The translations under genes and the position numbers were made by a program. The notes under the pieces are model-generated. The model saw only the letters and a list, made by a program, of their open reading frames with translations, was not told where the DNA came from and made no database searches. A stretch of 64,000 nt of DNA from an uncultured Chthonomonadaceae bacterium (GTDB lineage: Bacteria; Armatimonadota; Chthonomonadetes; Chthonomonadales; Chthonomonadaceae): positions 320,001-384,000 of the forward strand of contig CAWIEK010000053.1 in assembly GCA_963835065.1 (NCBI GenBank), read 5' to 3'. Of this stretch, positions 9,595-19,529 are shown in pieces (the first letter of the stretch is position 1; each line of letters begins with the position of its first letter).

Positions 9595-10338
9595 CTACAG
9601 GCTGTCACGTTCGGGGTAAAGAAATTCCTTTACAATCTCGTTATCGGAGTTTTTTACGCCATCCGGGGTGTCTTCAATCACGATTTCGCCCTGATGCAGC
9701 ATGGCAACGCGGTCAGAAATGCGGAAAATGGACGGCAGATGGTGCGATACCACAACCGATGTAACCTTCAGGCGCTTGCGCGTATCCATAATCAATTCAT
9801 CAATGGCATGGCTTGTAATCGGGTCCAGGCCGCTCGTCGGCTCGTCGTAAAATACGATGGATGGCTGCATGGCAAGAGCGCGCGCCAGTCCGACGCGCTT
9901 TTGCATGCCGCCCGACAGTTGGGAAGGAAACTGTTTTTCCAATCCTTCCAACTGCACTTCCGCCAAGCGCTCCTGCACGATCTTGTCCAATTCCGCGCGC
10001 CCGACTTTTTTCCGATGCCGCGCCACGCCGAAAATAATGTTGTCGTACACGTTGAGCGAGTCGAACAAAGCCGCATACTGAAAAACAAGCCCCATCTTCA
10101 AGCGCACTTTGTCCAGCGCGTTTTCATCCAGGCCGGTAATGTTTTCTCCATCAATCAGGATTTCGCCCGACGTAGGACGCATCAGCCCGGTCATTAATTT
10201 GAGCAGCGTGGTCTTGCCGCTCCCCGACTGCCCCATGATGCTGACAATCTCCTCCGACGCCACTTCCAGATTGATATTATTCAGTATACGCTTGCGCGGC
10301 ACTTCGTACACCAGATTGCGGACGCTGATTGCGCTCAT
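9595..10338 (-). CDS. mlaF: MlaF/Mkl-type ABC ATPase
   Basis: GQSGSGKT, LSGGMQKRVGLARAL, YDEPTSGLDP; the longer ORF start translates the repeat. Confidence 0.9.
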   Translation of the reverse strand: MSAISVRNLVYEVPRKRILNNINLEVASEEIVSIMGQSGSGKTTLLKLMTGLMRPTSGEILIDGENITGLDENALDKVRLKMGLVFQYAALFDSLNVYDNIIFGVARHRKKVGRAELDKIVQERLAEVQLEGLEKQFPSQLSGGMQKRVGLARALAMQPSIVFYDEPTSGLDPITSHAIDELIMDTRKRLKVTSVVVSHHLPSIFRISDRVAMLHQGEIVIEDTPDGVKNSDNEIVKEFLYPERDSL

Positions 10339-10347
10339 AGTTTTATT

Positions 10348-10544
10348 AACCACGGAGAACACGGAGGACAGGAGGAGAGGAGAAAACTTACCACGGATGA
10401 AACGGATGAAACAGATAAACACGGATCAAATCAAACTTTCCCTCTGTATCCGCGTCAATCCGCGTTATCCGTTTCATCCGTGGTAAGTCCCTATCCTTTT
10501 TTCCTCACCTTCTCCTCCCCGTGTCCCCCGTGTTCTCCGTGGTT
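10348..10544. repeat. Nested ACCAC-type nonamer inverted-repeat elements
   Basis: Outer AACCACGGAGAACACGG...CCGTGTTCTCCGTGGTT; inner CTTACCACGGATGAAACGGAT (10387)...ATCCGTTTCATCCGTGGTAAG (10487). Confidence 0.9.
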
Positions 10545-10553
10545 TATATGTTT

Positions 10554-11393
10554 TTAGCGGTCTGCGGAACCGGTCAGCATTTGCGCGAGGAAGAAATCAG
10601 CGACGAAAATCAGCAGGACGCACAGCACGACGGAATTGGTGGTGCTGCGGCCCACGCCGGTTGCGCCGCCCCGTGTGCGCAAGCCCTGGTGACACGCGAC
10701 CACGCCGACAATCAGGGCGAATACGACGGATTTCATCAGGCCGTGCGTCAGGTCCTCCAGGCGAGTAAAATGCTGCACCGATTCCAAAAACTCGGCGTGG
10801 GCTATGCCGTTCGCGCCCGCCATCAGATAGCCGCCGATCATTCCGGACAGGTCGGCAAACAGCGTGAGCAGGGGCAGCATCAGCACGGCGGCAAGGATGC
10901 GCGGCACGACAAGATAGCGGGTCGGCGAGACAGCCATTGCGCGGAGAGCGTCTACCTGTTCTGTTACGACCATCGTGCCGATTTCGGCGGCAATCGCGGC
11001 TCCGGCGCGCGCGGCAAACGCCACGCCGCCCAGCACGGGGCCGAGTTCGTTGAGAAACGCATAACTCAGCGTCCCGCCAACAAACGACGTTAGCCCGCCA
11101 ACCTGCTGCGCCAGTGTCGCCGTGTACAGCGAAAATACGGCTCCCGTCGCCGTTGTCACGACAAGCACGATCCAGATGCTGTCCGCGCCAATAGACGCCA
11201 TTTGCGTCATCAAGTCGCGCGCATTGATGCCACCGGATGCAATGGAGCCGATAAAGCGCCCAAACAACTGCATCGCTTCGCCCACAAAGGTCAACACGGC
11301 ATTAGCCGCCGCGCCCACGCCACGGGAACGGAGGGGAGTCACTTCGGCCTGCGCTATACTGCCGGTTTTTTGCTGCACCGCTTGGTTCGCCAT
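10554..11393 (-). CDS. mlaE: MlaE-type ABC permease
   Basis: ELGPVL, AAEIGTMVVTEQVDALRAM, GVGRSTTNSVV. Confidence 0.92.
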   Translation of the reverse strand: MANQAVQQKTGSIAQAEVTPLRSRGVGAAANAVLTFVGEAMQLFGRFIGSIASGGINARDLMTQMASIGADSIWIVLVVTTATGAVFSLYTATLAQQVGGLTSFVGGTLSYAFLNELGPVLGGVAFAARAGAAIAAEIGTMVVTEQVDALRAMAVSPTRYLVVPRILAAVLMLPLLTLFADLSGMIGGYLMAGANGIAHAEFLESVQHFTRLEDLTHGLMKSVVFALIVGVVACHQGLRTRGGATGVGRSTTNSVVLCVLLIFVADFFLAQMLTGSADR

Positions 11394-11399
11394 ACTTCT

Positions 11400-11429
11400 A
11401 GTATACCGACCCTGCCCCTATCACGTCAA
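11400..11429 (-). promoter_or_regulatory. sigma70-type promoter for the mla operon
   Basis: TTGACG-18 nt-TATACT, 6 nt before the ATG. Confidence 0.6.
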
Positions 11430-11445
11430 CGCCCAAAAGAATATC

Positions 11446-11686
11446 AATTCGTCTTCACCACAGAGGCACAGAGACACAGAGGGGGCACAGAGAAAAACGA
11501 AGGAGAGAAGATATAAGATATAAGTGGGAGGGAGCGCAAGTGTGTTCTCTCCTTGAATAATCCTGTTTAATCCTGAAAATCCTCTTAATCCTGTCTATTT
11601 CTTCTCCTTTTTCCTTTTCTTTTCTCCTTTTCTTCTTTTCTCTGTGAAACCTCTGTGTCTCTGTGCCTCTGTGGTGAAGACGAATT
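11446..11686. repeat. CACCAC-type element with perfect 36-bp arms
   Basis: AATTCGTCTTCACCACAGAGGCACAGAGACACAGAG and its exact reverse complement at 11651-11686; AATCCTG-type run inside. Confidence 0.92.
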
Positions 11687-13076
11687 AAACAGCTTCGCGG
11701 ATGCGGGAAAGCAGGCGGGCAAGGTGGCGCGTTCCCCGCGTGAAGTCGTCGAGTCGGATATTTTCGTTGGGGGCGTGGGCGCGGAGGCCGGGGTATTCGA
11801 TGCCGGGGCTGGTCACGGGCAGGCCGAGAAAGCCCGTAAACCACCACATCGGGCCGGAGCCGCCGAGCAGGGGCGCAATGGACGCGGGTTTGCCGTACAC
11901 GTCCTGCGCGGTTTTTGCCGACAGGCGCACAAGCGGATGGTCGGGGTCAACGCGGGCAGGACGTTGCCCTCCCAAATACTTTATTTCGATGTCAGTGAAA
12001 CCGCGCGCATCTAAGTGCGCCCGCAGGCTGCGGTGTACGTCTTCGGGGTCTTGGTCGGGAACCAGGCGGAAATCCATTTTGGCGCGGGCTTCGGACGGCA
12101 GCACGGTTTTCGCGCCCATGCCTTGCCAGCCGCTATCCAGTCCGCACAGGGTCAGGGTTGGCTCGAATACGGCGCGGCGCTTGAATTCCAACCCCGTTGT
12201 CTGCATTCCGCCCAATAGTTGCTGTGGCGTCAGGCCGAATTGTTCGCGGAAGGTGGTTTCGTTGGTGGGCAGGGCGTCGAGCAATTGCAGGTCGCGCAGG
12301 GTCGGCAATTGGGCTTTGTCATAGTGGCCGGGCAGCAAAATACGCTCATTGGCGTCTTTCAGCGTGGATAACGCCCATACCAGCCGCCAGGCCGCGTTGG
12401 GAAGCAGCGAGCCGCCATTGCCGGAGTGCGCGTCATAGGCGATGGTTTTCACATGCAGTTCAAAGTACGCGATGCCGCGCATTCCGCAGTACAGCGCGGG
12501 GGTTCCGTTTTCGTCTTCGCCGCCTTCTTCCCAGATGCAGGCGTCGGCGCGGAGCAATTCGCGGTTCGCTTCGACCCACGCGCCGATGTGCGGGCTGCCG
12601 ACTTCCTCTTCCCCTTCAGCCACAAACTTTACATGGAAGGGCAGATCGCCGCCATGCGCGGTTCGGACCGCATCCAGAGCCAGCAGGCGCGAAACAATGT
12701 GCCCCTTATCATCCCCTACCCCGCGCGCAATCGCCTTGCCGTCACGCAGGGTCAATTCAAACGGCGGGCTGTCCCACAAGTCCAGCGGTTCCGCCGGCTG
12801 CACGTCATAATGGTTGTAGAACAAGACGGTGGGCGCGTCAGCCTGCTTGCTTTGCGCGGTTCCAAACGCAATGGGCGGGCCATCCACGACAGGCATAATC
12901 TGCGCGTTCAGGCCATGCGCCCGCATCAAACTGACAACCAGTTCGGCGCAGGGTTCCAGAGACGCGCCCTTCGCCGACACGCTTGGAATAGCGCACAACG
13001 CTGCCAGTTCCGCCAGCGCGTTTGCCTGCCCCGCCACAACAGCGGCATCCATTCGGGCGTTGATTGTCTCGTTCAT
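11685..13076 (-). CDS. M20/M25/M40 family metallo-hydrolase (ArgE/DapE-like)
   Basis: YNHYDVQP, RGVGDDKG, EGEEEVGS, HAPNENI. Confidence 0.92.
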   Translation of the reverse strand: MNETINARMDAAVVAGQANALAELAALCAIPSVSAKGASLEPCAELVVSLMRAHGLNAQIMPVVDGPPIAFGTAQSKQADAPTVLFYNHYDVQPAEPLDLWDSPPFELTLRDGKAIARGVGDDKGHIVSRLLALDAVRTAHGGDLPFHVKFVAEGEEEVGSPHIGAWVEANRELLRADACIWEEGGEDENGTPALYCGMRGIAYFELHVKTIAYDAHSGNGGSLLPNAAWRLVWALSTLKDANERILLPGHYDKAQLPTLRDLQLLDALPTNETTFREQFGLTPQQLLGGMQTTGLEFKRRAVFEPTLTLCGLDSGWQGMGAKTVLPSEARAKMDFRLVPDQDPEDVHRSLRAHLDARGFTDIEIKYLGGQRPARVDPDHPLVRLSAKTAQDVYGKPASIAPLLGGSGPMWWFTGFLGLPVTSPGIEYPGLRAHAPNENIRLDDFTRGTRHLARLLSRIREAV

Positions 13077-13107
13077 GCAAACTCCTGAGAAGAGAAGTTA
13101 TGAAGTT

Positions 13108-13196
13108 ATAAGGGATAAGGGGCAAGGAACAAGCGAAAAGATAAGAAGTTCTTCAACTTCCGTACTTATCCCTTATCCCTTACCCCTTATCCCTTG
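13108..13196. repeat. Inverted heptamer element (AGGGATA/TATCCCT)
   Basis: ATAAGGGATAAGGGGCAAGG ... CTTATCCCTTATCCCTTACCCCTTATCCCTTG. Confidence 0.8.
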
Positions 13197-13202
13197 CTCG
13201 AA

Positions 13203-13274
13203 AGGAGCCGACCAGAATCGAACTGGTGATCGCGGTTTTGCAGACCGCTCCCTTAGCCACTTGGGTACGGCTCC
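13203..13274 (-). tRNA. tRNA-Cys(GCA)
   Basis: GGAGCCG acceptor stem, CTGCAAA anticodon loop, GTTCGATTC T-loop. Confidence 0.95.
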
Positions 13275-13429
13275 ATAGAATACAGAAAAATGCGGCGCGA
13301 CAAACACCACAACACAAAACTTCAAACCGCGCAGGAAGCCAAAGCGTTCAGGCAAACAAATGCCGGACTCACCGCGTCCGGCAGGAACACGCCCCGACAC
13401 ACCTTACCACCAATCTGTAAACCTGCGCA

Positions 13430-13501
<72 letters not shown>

Positions 13502-13513
13502 AAAACTGACACA

Positions 13514-13918
13514 CTAAATCTCGAAATCTACAGCCCAACGTATATTCTTCGTTTGGTTGTTAGCTGGCGGATCAATTCGCAAGATACCTAATGATTGACT
13601 AACCGCTTCGCGTGGAACCAAATACGTTTTCTGGTTTGCCGGACAATACACACCGTAAAAATCTACTTTGTCGCCGTAACATTTACGAGTGTGTTTAGTT
13701 GCCCCTTGTTGAGCCATCGTATACAGATTGAATTGTACTGTACCCTGCTTTAGTCGACCGGTTTTACACTGGATACGATAAAAACAACCGTTTTCTTCCG
13801 TGACCAGATCGTAATCCTGCTGATTCCCAAAAGGGATGAGAACTGTTCTTCCGGCTTTTAAGAGCGCAGCAAGAATAACACCTTCTGTTGTGGTTCCAAC
13901 CTGTGTCGTATTAGCCAT
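13514..13918 (-). CDS. PD-(D/E)XK endonuclease resembling group I intron-associated I-Ssp6803I family
   Basis: G..TE..., IPFG...YDLV...YRIQCKTG, Y...VDFYGVYCP...YLVP, LRIDPP..NQ; GAGG RBS; AT-richer than flanks. Confidence 0.8.
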   Translation of the reverse strand: MANTTQVGTTTEGVILAALLKAGRTVLIPFGNQQDYDLVTEENGCFYRIQCKTGRLKQGTVQFNLYTMAQQGATKHTRKCYGDKVDFYGVYCPANQKTYLVPREAVSQSLGILRIDPPANNQTKNIRWAVDFEI

Positions 13919-13968
13919 ACAGAACCTCAACTAGACACGGATAAAAGAACCTTGCGGCTACTATACAC

Positions 13969-13998
13969 ATTATAAGCCTGCTGCAAGGTATTTGTCAA
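13969..13998 (-). promoter_or_regulatory. Consensus sigma70 promoter reading into endonuclease, tRNA-Gly and tRNA-Cys
   Basis: TTGACA-18 nt-TATAAT. Confidence 0.85.
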
Positions 13999-14098
13999 GT
14001 GGCAGGACATGAAAATTGCGTGAGCGTTGCCGACCGCCTTATTTTGCCGGAACCGGGTGTTTTCAACGCCTGCGGTGGAACGGGCGTATTCTGTTTAT

Positions 14099-14220
14099 TG
14101 CCGGGTACTTTCAGTACCCGGCAAAACAAAACAAGCGTCCTTCGGACGCGATACTTTATTCGCAAATTCCCGCGTACCGCAGGACGCTTGTACTTTCCTG
14201 CCGGGGATTGAAATACCCGG
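14099..14220 (+). repeat. REP/MITE-like four-hairpin element
   Basis: Aligns with 2485-2607 (CAAAACAAGCGTC...GGACGCTTGTACTTTCCTGCCGGG). Confidence 0.85.
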
Positions 14221-14300
14221 ACAGGCGGAAGCATTGCAGGAATCGGGTGAGCAATAGCGAAATACAGCATCAGCAGGAAACAAAGCCAGGAGGCGCAGGG

Positions 14301-14738
14301 ATGGAACCGACAACAAGCACGAAACACGAAACGGAGTCATCTACACAGGCCATGAGTACCAAGAACGGTGAGCCTGACACAACCCCTGGCGCGGTTACGC
14401 AATCATTTGTCACCGCGCCCCCTCACGTTGCGCCCCACGCGCCGCAGCGCGAAGAAGAGGCTGCTGCAAAATACCATGACATCAGCACGGCAGTTATGAT
14501 GGCGACGTTTCTGCCGGGCGGCGGACAGCTTTCTAATGGGCAGACGGGAAAAGCCTTGCTGCTGATGGGCGTCACATTAGGGGGATTGGGGTTTTTGATA
14601 TGGCTCCACAGCAGCGTCATGCTCTGGATAGGGCTGGCAACAGGGCTGGTCATCTATATTGGGGCCATCCTGGATGCCGCCCTGATCGCGCGGCGTTTGC
14701 GCCGTCAGGAACGGGTACGCCCATGGCAGTGGTTCTGA
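14301..14738 (+). CDS. Small membrane protein
   Basis: AGGAGG RBS; FLPGGGQLSNGQTGKA followed by two hydrophobic helices. Confidence 0.7.
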   Translation: MEPTTSTKHETESSTQAMSTKNGEPDTTPGAVTQSFVTAPPHVAPHAPQREEEAAAKYHDISTAVMMATFLPGGGQLSNGQTGKALLLMGVTLGGLGFLIWLHSSVMLWIGLATGLVIYIGAILDAALIARRLRRQERVRPWQWF

Positions 14739-14776
14739 GAAGAACCACTGCCATGAGGACGTGTACTCCGGTCAGG

Positions 14777-17700
14777 TCAGCGTTGCGCCAGATTTGATGA
14801 TACTTGCGGGGCGGTGAAGGTGTACGCGCCCGATCCCACCTGGTAGACTGCGCAGCCGGCTTCCATGCGCGCGAACGTCACGCCTTCCACTTTGTTTGCC
14901 GGCTTGCCGCCTTCCATTACCTGTGTGGCGCTTTGGACCGGCACGTACACCGTTGCCGTCGTGTTGGCGGGAACGGTAATGTGATAGACGAACTGCCCGT
15001 TTTCCAGTTTCCAATCGCTTGTAATCGGGCCGTGTATGCTGTCGTAGGTGGCGCGGGCATACGTCAGGCCGCCGCCGGGGTGCGGATGCAGCACGATGCG
15101 CTTGTACGCGGGCTGAACCGGGTCGAGATCAATCCCGGCAACGCTGGCATACATCCACTCGCCAACCGAACCCAGCGAATAATGGTTGAAACTGTTCATG
15201 CCGGGGTCCTGAAAGCCTTTGTCCTCTGTCCAGCCGTCCCAGCGCTCCCAAATGGTGGTCGCGCCCTGCCGAATGGAATAGCCCCAGGACGGATACGTGT
15301 CATTGTTGAGCAGGCGGTACGCCACATCCAGATGCCCGGTTTGCGTGAGTGTCGGCGTCAGGTAGCCGACGCCCAAAAAGCCGGTTGACAGATGCCCGCT
15401 GCGCTTGTTTATAATGTCGTCCACCAGATACCGCGCCGCGGCTTCCCGCTTTTCATCCGGCAGCAGATTGAAGCGCAGGGCAAGCACGTAAGCCGTCTGC
15501 GTATCGCTCTTAATCCGTCCATCCGCGCCCACAAACTCGCGGTTGAACGCCGCTTTGATCTGCGCGAACAAGTCCCGATACTGCTGCGCGTCCTCGGTTT
15601 TGCCGATTGCCTGCGCCATCTGCGCCATGAGCTGCGCGTCATACGCGAAATAGGCTGTTGCCAGAATTTCGCGGGGCGTATCTGATTTGACATTGAGCCA
15701 GTCGCCGAAGTTGTTGTTGGCGCGTTTGCGCCAGATGAAATCGGGGTTGACGGAGCGGATGTATTCGATCCACTTTTGCATCGCCGGATAGCGCTCGGCA
15801 ACCAGGCGCGTGTCTCCGTAACAGCGATAAATCGTCCAGGGCACGATTACGCCCGCATCGCCCCAGGCGGGAGCGCCGTCCGACTTGTCGCCCATGCGCG
15901 GCGTTACGTCGGAAAAGCCGCCTTCGGGCGATTGCGCGTCTACAACATCCTGCGTCCACTTGGTCATAAACGCGGCAATGTCGCTGTTGTAGCTTGCCGT
16001 GCGAACGAAAATCTGCGCGTCGCCCATCCATCCCAATCGCTCATCGCGCTGTGGGCAGTCCGTCGGCACTTCGAGATAGTTGCCCCGCTGCCCCCACACG
16101 ATGTTGTGCTGCAATTTGTTCACGAGCGGGCTGGAACACGCGAAGGTTCCCGCAGGCGGAGTGGCGGACGTAATCACAATCCCCGTCACGGCGTCAAGAG
16201 AAGGTTTCGCGGTCAACCCGGTCAATTCCACATACCGGAACCCGTGAAACGTAAACGTCGGCTCCCAAACCTCCGTACCACTCCCCTTGCACGTATAATA
16301 ATCTGTCGCTTTCGCGCCGCGCAGGTTGGTGGTGTAAATCGTGCCGTCGGGACTGAGCATTTCGGCAAACCGGATGCGAACCGTCGTACCTGCTTCGCCC
16401 TTCACCTTGATACGCGCCCACCCCACCATGTTCTGCCCCAAATCGAACACGTATGCGCCCTGCGGCTTTTCCGTCATGCTCCGCGCCTTCAATTCCTCCA
16501 CCTTTTCCACGGATTGGTCGGGCTGAGAAACGAGGGCAAATGATGAGTGATGAGTGATGAGTGATGAATGGGAATTCAATTCATCACTCATCATTCCGCG
16601 TTCATCATTTGCCTCTGCTTGTTTCCACGCATGGTCATCAAACGCCGCCGTGTTCCAGCCGGGCATTTCTTTGCGGGCGTCGTAGGTTTCGCCGTCGAGC
16701 AGGTCGTCGCGCAGGATGGGGCCGGGGGAGGCTTTCCACGAGGCGTCGGAAACAACGGTTTCGGCTGTGCCGTCTTCGTATGTCAGATGCAGTTGCACAA
16801 GGGCGCGGGGCTGTGTGCCGTAGTTGTTGCCTCCGGTCAGGCCGACGTGCCCGCAGAACCAGCCGTCGCCAAGCGTGACGCCAACCGCATTGTCGCCGGT
16901 TTGCAGCATTTTGGTCACGTCGTAGGTCTGGTACTGTATCCGCTTGTTGTAATCGGTCCAGCCGGGGCGGAAAATGTCCTGGCTGACGGGCTTGCCGTTG
17001 AAGGAGAGTTTGTACAATCCCTGCGCAGTCGCATACACTCGCGCCGAGCGCAGGGTCTTGCGGACGGCGAATGTTTTGCGCAGATAGGAGGCGGGGCGAT
17101 TGGCGGCTGCCGCATTGGGCAGTCCCCAGGGCGCATCCCCGATGTTGGCGATCTCCAGCGCATGAGGCAATGTGTTGGCAGCCGTATCCAGCCTGCCCGC
17201 TTTCGGTATGGCGTTTGCCGCCAGCCAATCTTTGTTGGTGACGGCGCGAAACATGGTTCCATCCGCATACGTGATTTGAACCGAAGCGGCGATACCTGCC
17301 GGCCCGTCCGTGTTGTTGGCGGCAAGCCGGATGGTGTTTTCGCCGGGTTTCAGCGCGTCCTTGATGTCCATGCGGCCGGCGGACTGCCAGCCGGACTGCT
17401 CGCCTACGCGCCTGTCGTTCACGCGCGCCTCAAAAGAGTTATCCGCAATGCCTACCAGTTCCGCCCGCGTAATCGCCGCATCGGTTCGCACCGGAACCGT
17501 ATGCAGGAAGTAACGAGTGCCTGCCGGCGCGGATTGGCGTGGGTTGCCTTCGGGATACCATACCCATTTCACGTTTTTCCAATCTTCCGCCCGTTGCGCC
17601 AGGGCCGGCATGGGCATTGTCGTCCATTGCGCTTTCCAGTCGGCGGGAGACAGCAAGCCCATTTCCCAATGCGCAGGCGCGCTGAACGCCGATACGCGCC

Positions 17701-18079
17701 CCTGCTTGTCCCAAACTCGTACCTTCCACCACGCCGATTGCCCGGAGCCAAGCGGTTTGCCCGCATACGCGATGTGTATGGATTCGTCGGAAGCGGTTTT
17801 GCCGCTGTCCCACAAATCCGCCTTGTCCGCTTTCAGCATTTCGGGAGCGCTTGCCACCAGAATCTGGTACGCCGATTGCGCCTGATTGCGCTGTTTGGAT
17901 TCCAGCGTCCAGTACAGGCGCGGATGGGGAGATTCCACTGCCAGCGGGTTCATCAGATACTCGCAGCGTAAGTTGGCAATCCGCATGTCGGCGTGGGGCG
18001 CAGCATGGAAACGCGCCACAGGCATTGTGTGCAGCATTAAAAGGCTGAAAAGTCCAATCATCGTTGAGTCAACTCCCAT
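14777..18079 (-). CDS. GH78 alpha-L-rhamnosidase, secreted
   Basis: LRCEYLMNP, FDLGQNMVG, FTFHGFRY, PTDCPQRDERLGWMGD, GATTIWERW, MNSFNHY. Confidence 0.95.
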   Translation of the reverse strand: MGVDSTMIGLFSLLMLHTMPVARFHAAPHADMRIANLRCEYLMNPLAVESPHPRLYWTLESKQRNQAQSAYQILVASAPEMLKADKADLWDSGKTASDESIHIAYAGKPLGSGQSAWWKVRVWDKQGRVSAFSAPAHWEMGLLSPADWKAQWTTMPMPALAQRAEDWKNVKWVWYPEGNPRQSAPAGTRYFLHTVPVRTDAAITRAELVGIADNSFEARVNDRRVGEQSGWQSAGRMDIKDALKPGENTIRLAANNTDGPAGIAASVQITYADGTMFRAVTNKDWLAANAIPKAGRLDTAANTLPHALEIANIGDAPWGLPNAAAANRPASYLRKTFAVRKTLRSARVYATAQGLYKLSFNGKPVSQDIFRPGWTDYNKRIQYQTYDVTKMLQTGDNAVGVTLGDGWFCGHVGLTGGNNYGTQPRALVQLHLTYEDGTAETVVSDASWKASPGPILRDDLLDGETYDARKEMPGWNTAAFDDHAWKQAEANDERGMMSDELNSHSSLITHHSSFALVSQPDQSVEKVEELKARSMTEKPQGAYVFDLGQNMVGWARIKVKGEAGTTVRIRFAEMLSPDGTIYTTNLRGAKATDYYTCKGSGTEVWEPTFTFHGFRYVELTGLTAKPSLDAVTGIVITSATPPAGTFACSSPLVNKLQHNIVWGQRGNYLEVPTDCPQRDERLGWMGDAQIFVRTASYNSDIAAFMTKWTQDVVDAQSPEGGFSDVTPRMGDKSDGAPAWGDAGVIVPWTIYRCYGDTRLVAERYPAMQKWIEYIRSVNPDFIWRKRANNNFGDWLNVKSDTPREILATAYFAYDAQLMAQMAQAIGKTEDAQQYRDLFAQIKAAFNREFVGADGRIKSDTQTAYVLALRFNLLPDEKREAAARYLVDDIINKRSGHLSTGFLGVGYLTPTLTQTGHLDVAYRLLNNDTYPSWGYSIRQGATTIWERWDGWTEDKGFQDPGMNSFNHYSLGSVGEWMYASVAGIDLDPVQPAYKRIVLHPHPGGGLTYARATYDSIHGPITSDWKLENGQFVYHITVPANTTATVYVPVQSATQVMEGGKPANKVEGVTFARMEAGCAVYQVGSGAYTFTAPQVSSNLAQR
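16536..16612. repeat. (TGATGAG)n inverted element in frame within the GH78 gene
   Basis: 34-nt arms around a 9-nt loop; encodes ANDERGMMSDELNSHSSLITHHSSFA. Confidence 0.85.
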
Positions 18080-19349
18080 TTGAATACGTTTTTGCGCTTA
18101 ACGCCAGCCCTGCCGCTCGTTGGCCGGACACGAGCGCGCCGTGCAGCGAACTTTGTACCGTGATTTCACCCGCCAGTATCAGGCCGGGAAGCGGCGTTCG
18201 GGCGTCGGGCAGTTTGTCCCAGATGCCGACGGGCTGCGCGAACTGCGCCCAGGTGACGCGGTAAATGCGCAGCAAGCGCCACATATCCGGCTGCGCGTCC
18301 GGGAACTGCGCCCCGATTTCCCGCTTGGCCGCGTCTGCCAGGGCTTCATCCGACAGGTTTGTGTCGCCTAACACCGTCACCGTGAGCAGGTGCTGGCCTT
18401 CCGGCGCATAATGGGGCGCGACGTTGCTCATCATCTGCGCGTTGTTGACCAGGCCATCGGGACTTGTAAACAGCGTCAGCAGTTTCTCGCGGTAGAGCGG
18501 TTCCGGCAGGGCGAAACAAAGCGTGTTGGACACGCGCCACGTCGCAGGCAGATGCAGTCCCGCCAATTGCGCCGCTTTGTCGAACTCGGTCGCCAGAACA
18601 ACCGCATCCGCTTCTACGGTTTCGCCACCCTCCAATTCAATGCCGGACGCGCGCCCATTCTTGTGAATCAATTTACGAACGGAACGGTTCAAATGAATAC
18701 TGTTCGGCGTCATGGTGTCGGCGATCTGCTGCGGCAATCCGCCCATGCCTTTTGCCGGAACCGCTGTTTCCCCTTCCGCCAGCATCTTGAACACAAACGC
18801 GAACATCCGCGAACTGGTTTCCAAACTCTTGTCCAGAAAAATGCCCGCATAAAAGGGACGGATAAAGCGGTCAATAAACTCAGAGGAAAACCCGTATTCG
18901 GTCAGGTACGCGCCCATTGTTTGATCCGGCATGGCGAAAATCTGCTGTACGCTCATGCCTTTCAGCAACAGGGTCAATTTGGCGACCAGAATCTTGTCCT
19001 GCAAGGAGAACAGGGACGAAAACGCGGTTGTCAGGGCTTTTGTTGGCGCGCGCAGAGGATCGGCAATGATCTGCCGCGTGTCGTTCCAGCACACCATTGC
19101 GCCCGGCTGAAACGCGCGCATTTCCAGCGCGTCCAAATTAATTTCCTGCCGTATCGCCGGGTACGCGGTCAACATCACCTGAAAACCCCGATCCAGCAAA
19201 AAGCCGTCTACGGTATCCGTCCGCACCCGCCCGCCCACGCCGTCACTCGCCTCATAAACCTGCGCGCTATGCCCCGCCCGCTGTATCGTTCGCGCGCAGC
19301 ACAGCCCCGCCAACCCGCCGCCCACCACAATGACATTCCTCTGAGCCAT
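18069..19349 (-). CDS. FAD-dependent oxidoreductase (amine oxidase/phytoene dehydrogenase-like)
   Basis: VVGGGLAGL, EASDGVGGRVRTD, LDRGFQV, GALVSGQRAA; GGAGG RBS. Confidence 0.88.
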   Translation of the reverse strand: MAQRNVIVVGGGLAGLCCARTIQRAGHSAQVYEASDGVGGRVRTDTVDGFLLDRGFQVMLTAYPAIRQEINLDALEMRAFQPGAMVCWNDTRQIIADPLRAPTKALTTAFSSLFSLQDKILVAKLTLLLKGMSVQQIFAMPDQTMGAYLTEYGFSSEFIDRFIRPFYAGIFLDKSLETSSRMFAFVFKMLAEGETAVPAKGMGGLPQQIADTMTPNSIHLNRSVRKLIHKNGRASGIELEGGETVEADAVVLATEFDKAAQLAGLHLPATWRVSNTLCFALPEPLYREKLLTLFTSPDGLVNNAQMMSNVAPHYAPEGQHLLTVTVLGDTNLSDEALADAAKREIGAQFPDAQPDMWRLLRIYRVTWAQFAQPVGIWDKLPDARTPLPGLILAGEITVQSSLHGALVSGQRAAGLALSAKTYSNGS

Positions 19350-19363
19350 GCAAACCTCCAATG

Positions 19364-19525
19364 CAAGAATAAACCACGGGGAACACGGGGAACACGGGGA
19401 GAATAAGGGGAACGAATTCCCACTTTCGCCTTAATTTCCGTTGACTTCGCGTATTTCGTGCTTATTCCCGATTTCCCCTCTGTTTTCCTCCCCGTGTTCC
19501 CCGTGTTCCCCGTGGTTTATTCTTG
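19364..19525. repeat. AACCAC-type nonamer element with perfect 38-bp arms
   Basis: CAAGAATAAACCACGGGGAACACGGGGAACACGGGGAG and its exact reverse complement at 19488-19525. Confidence 0.93.
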
Positions 19526-19529
19526 TGTT

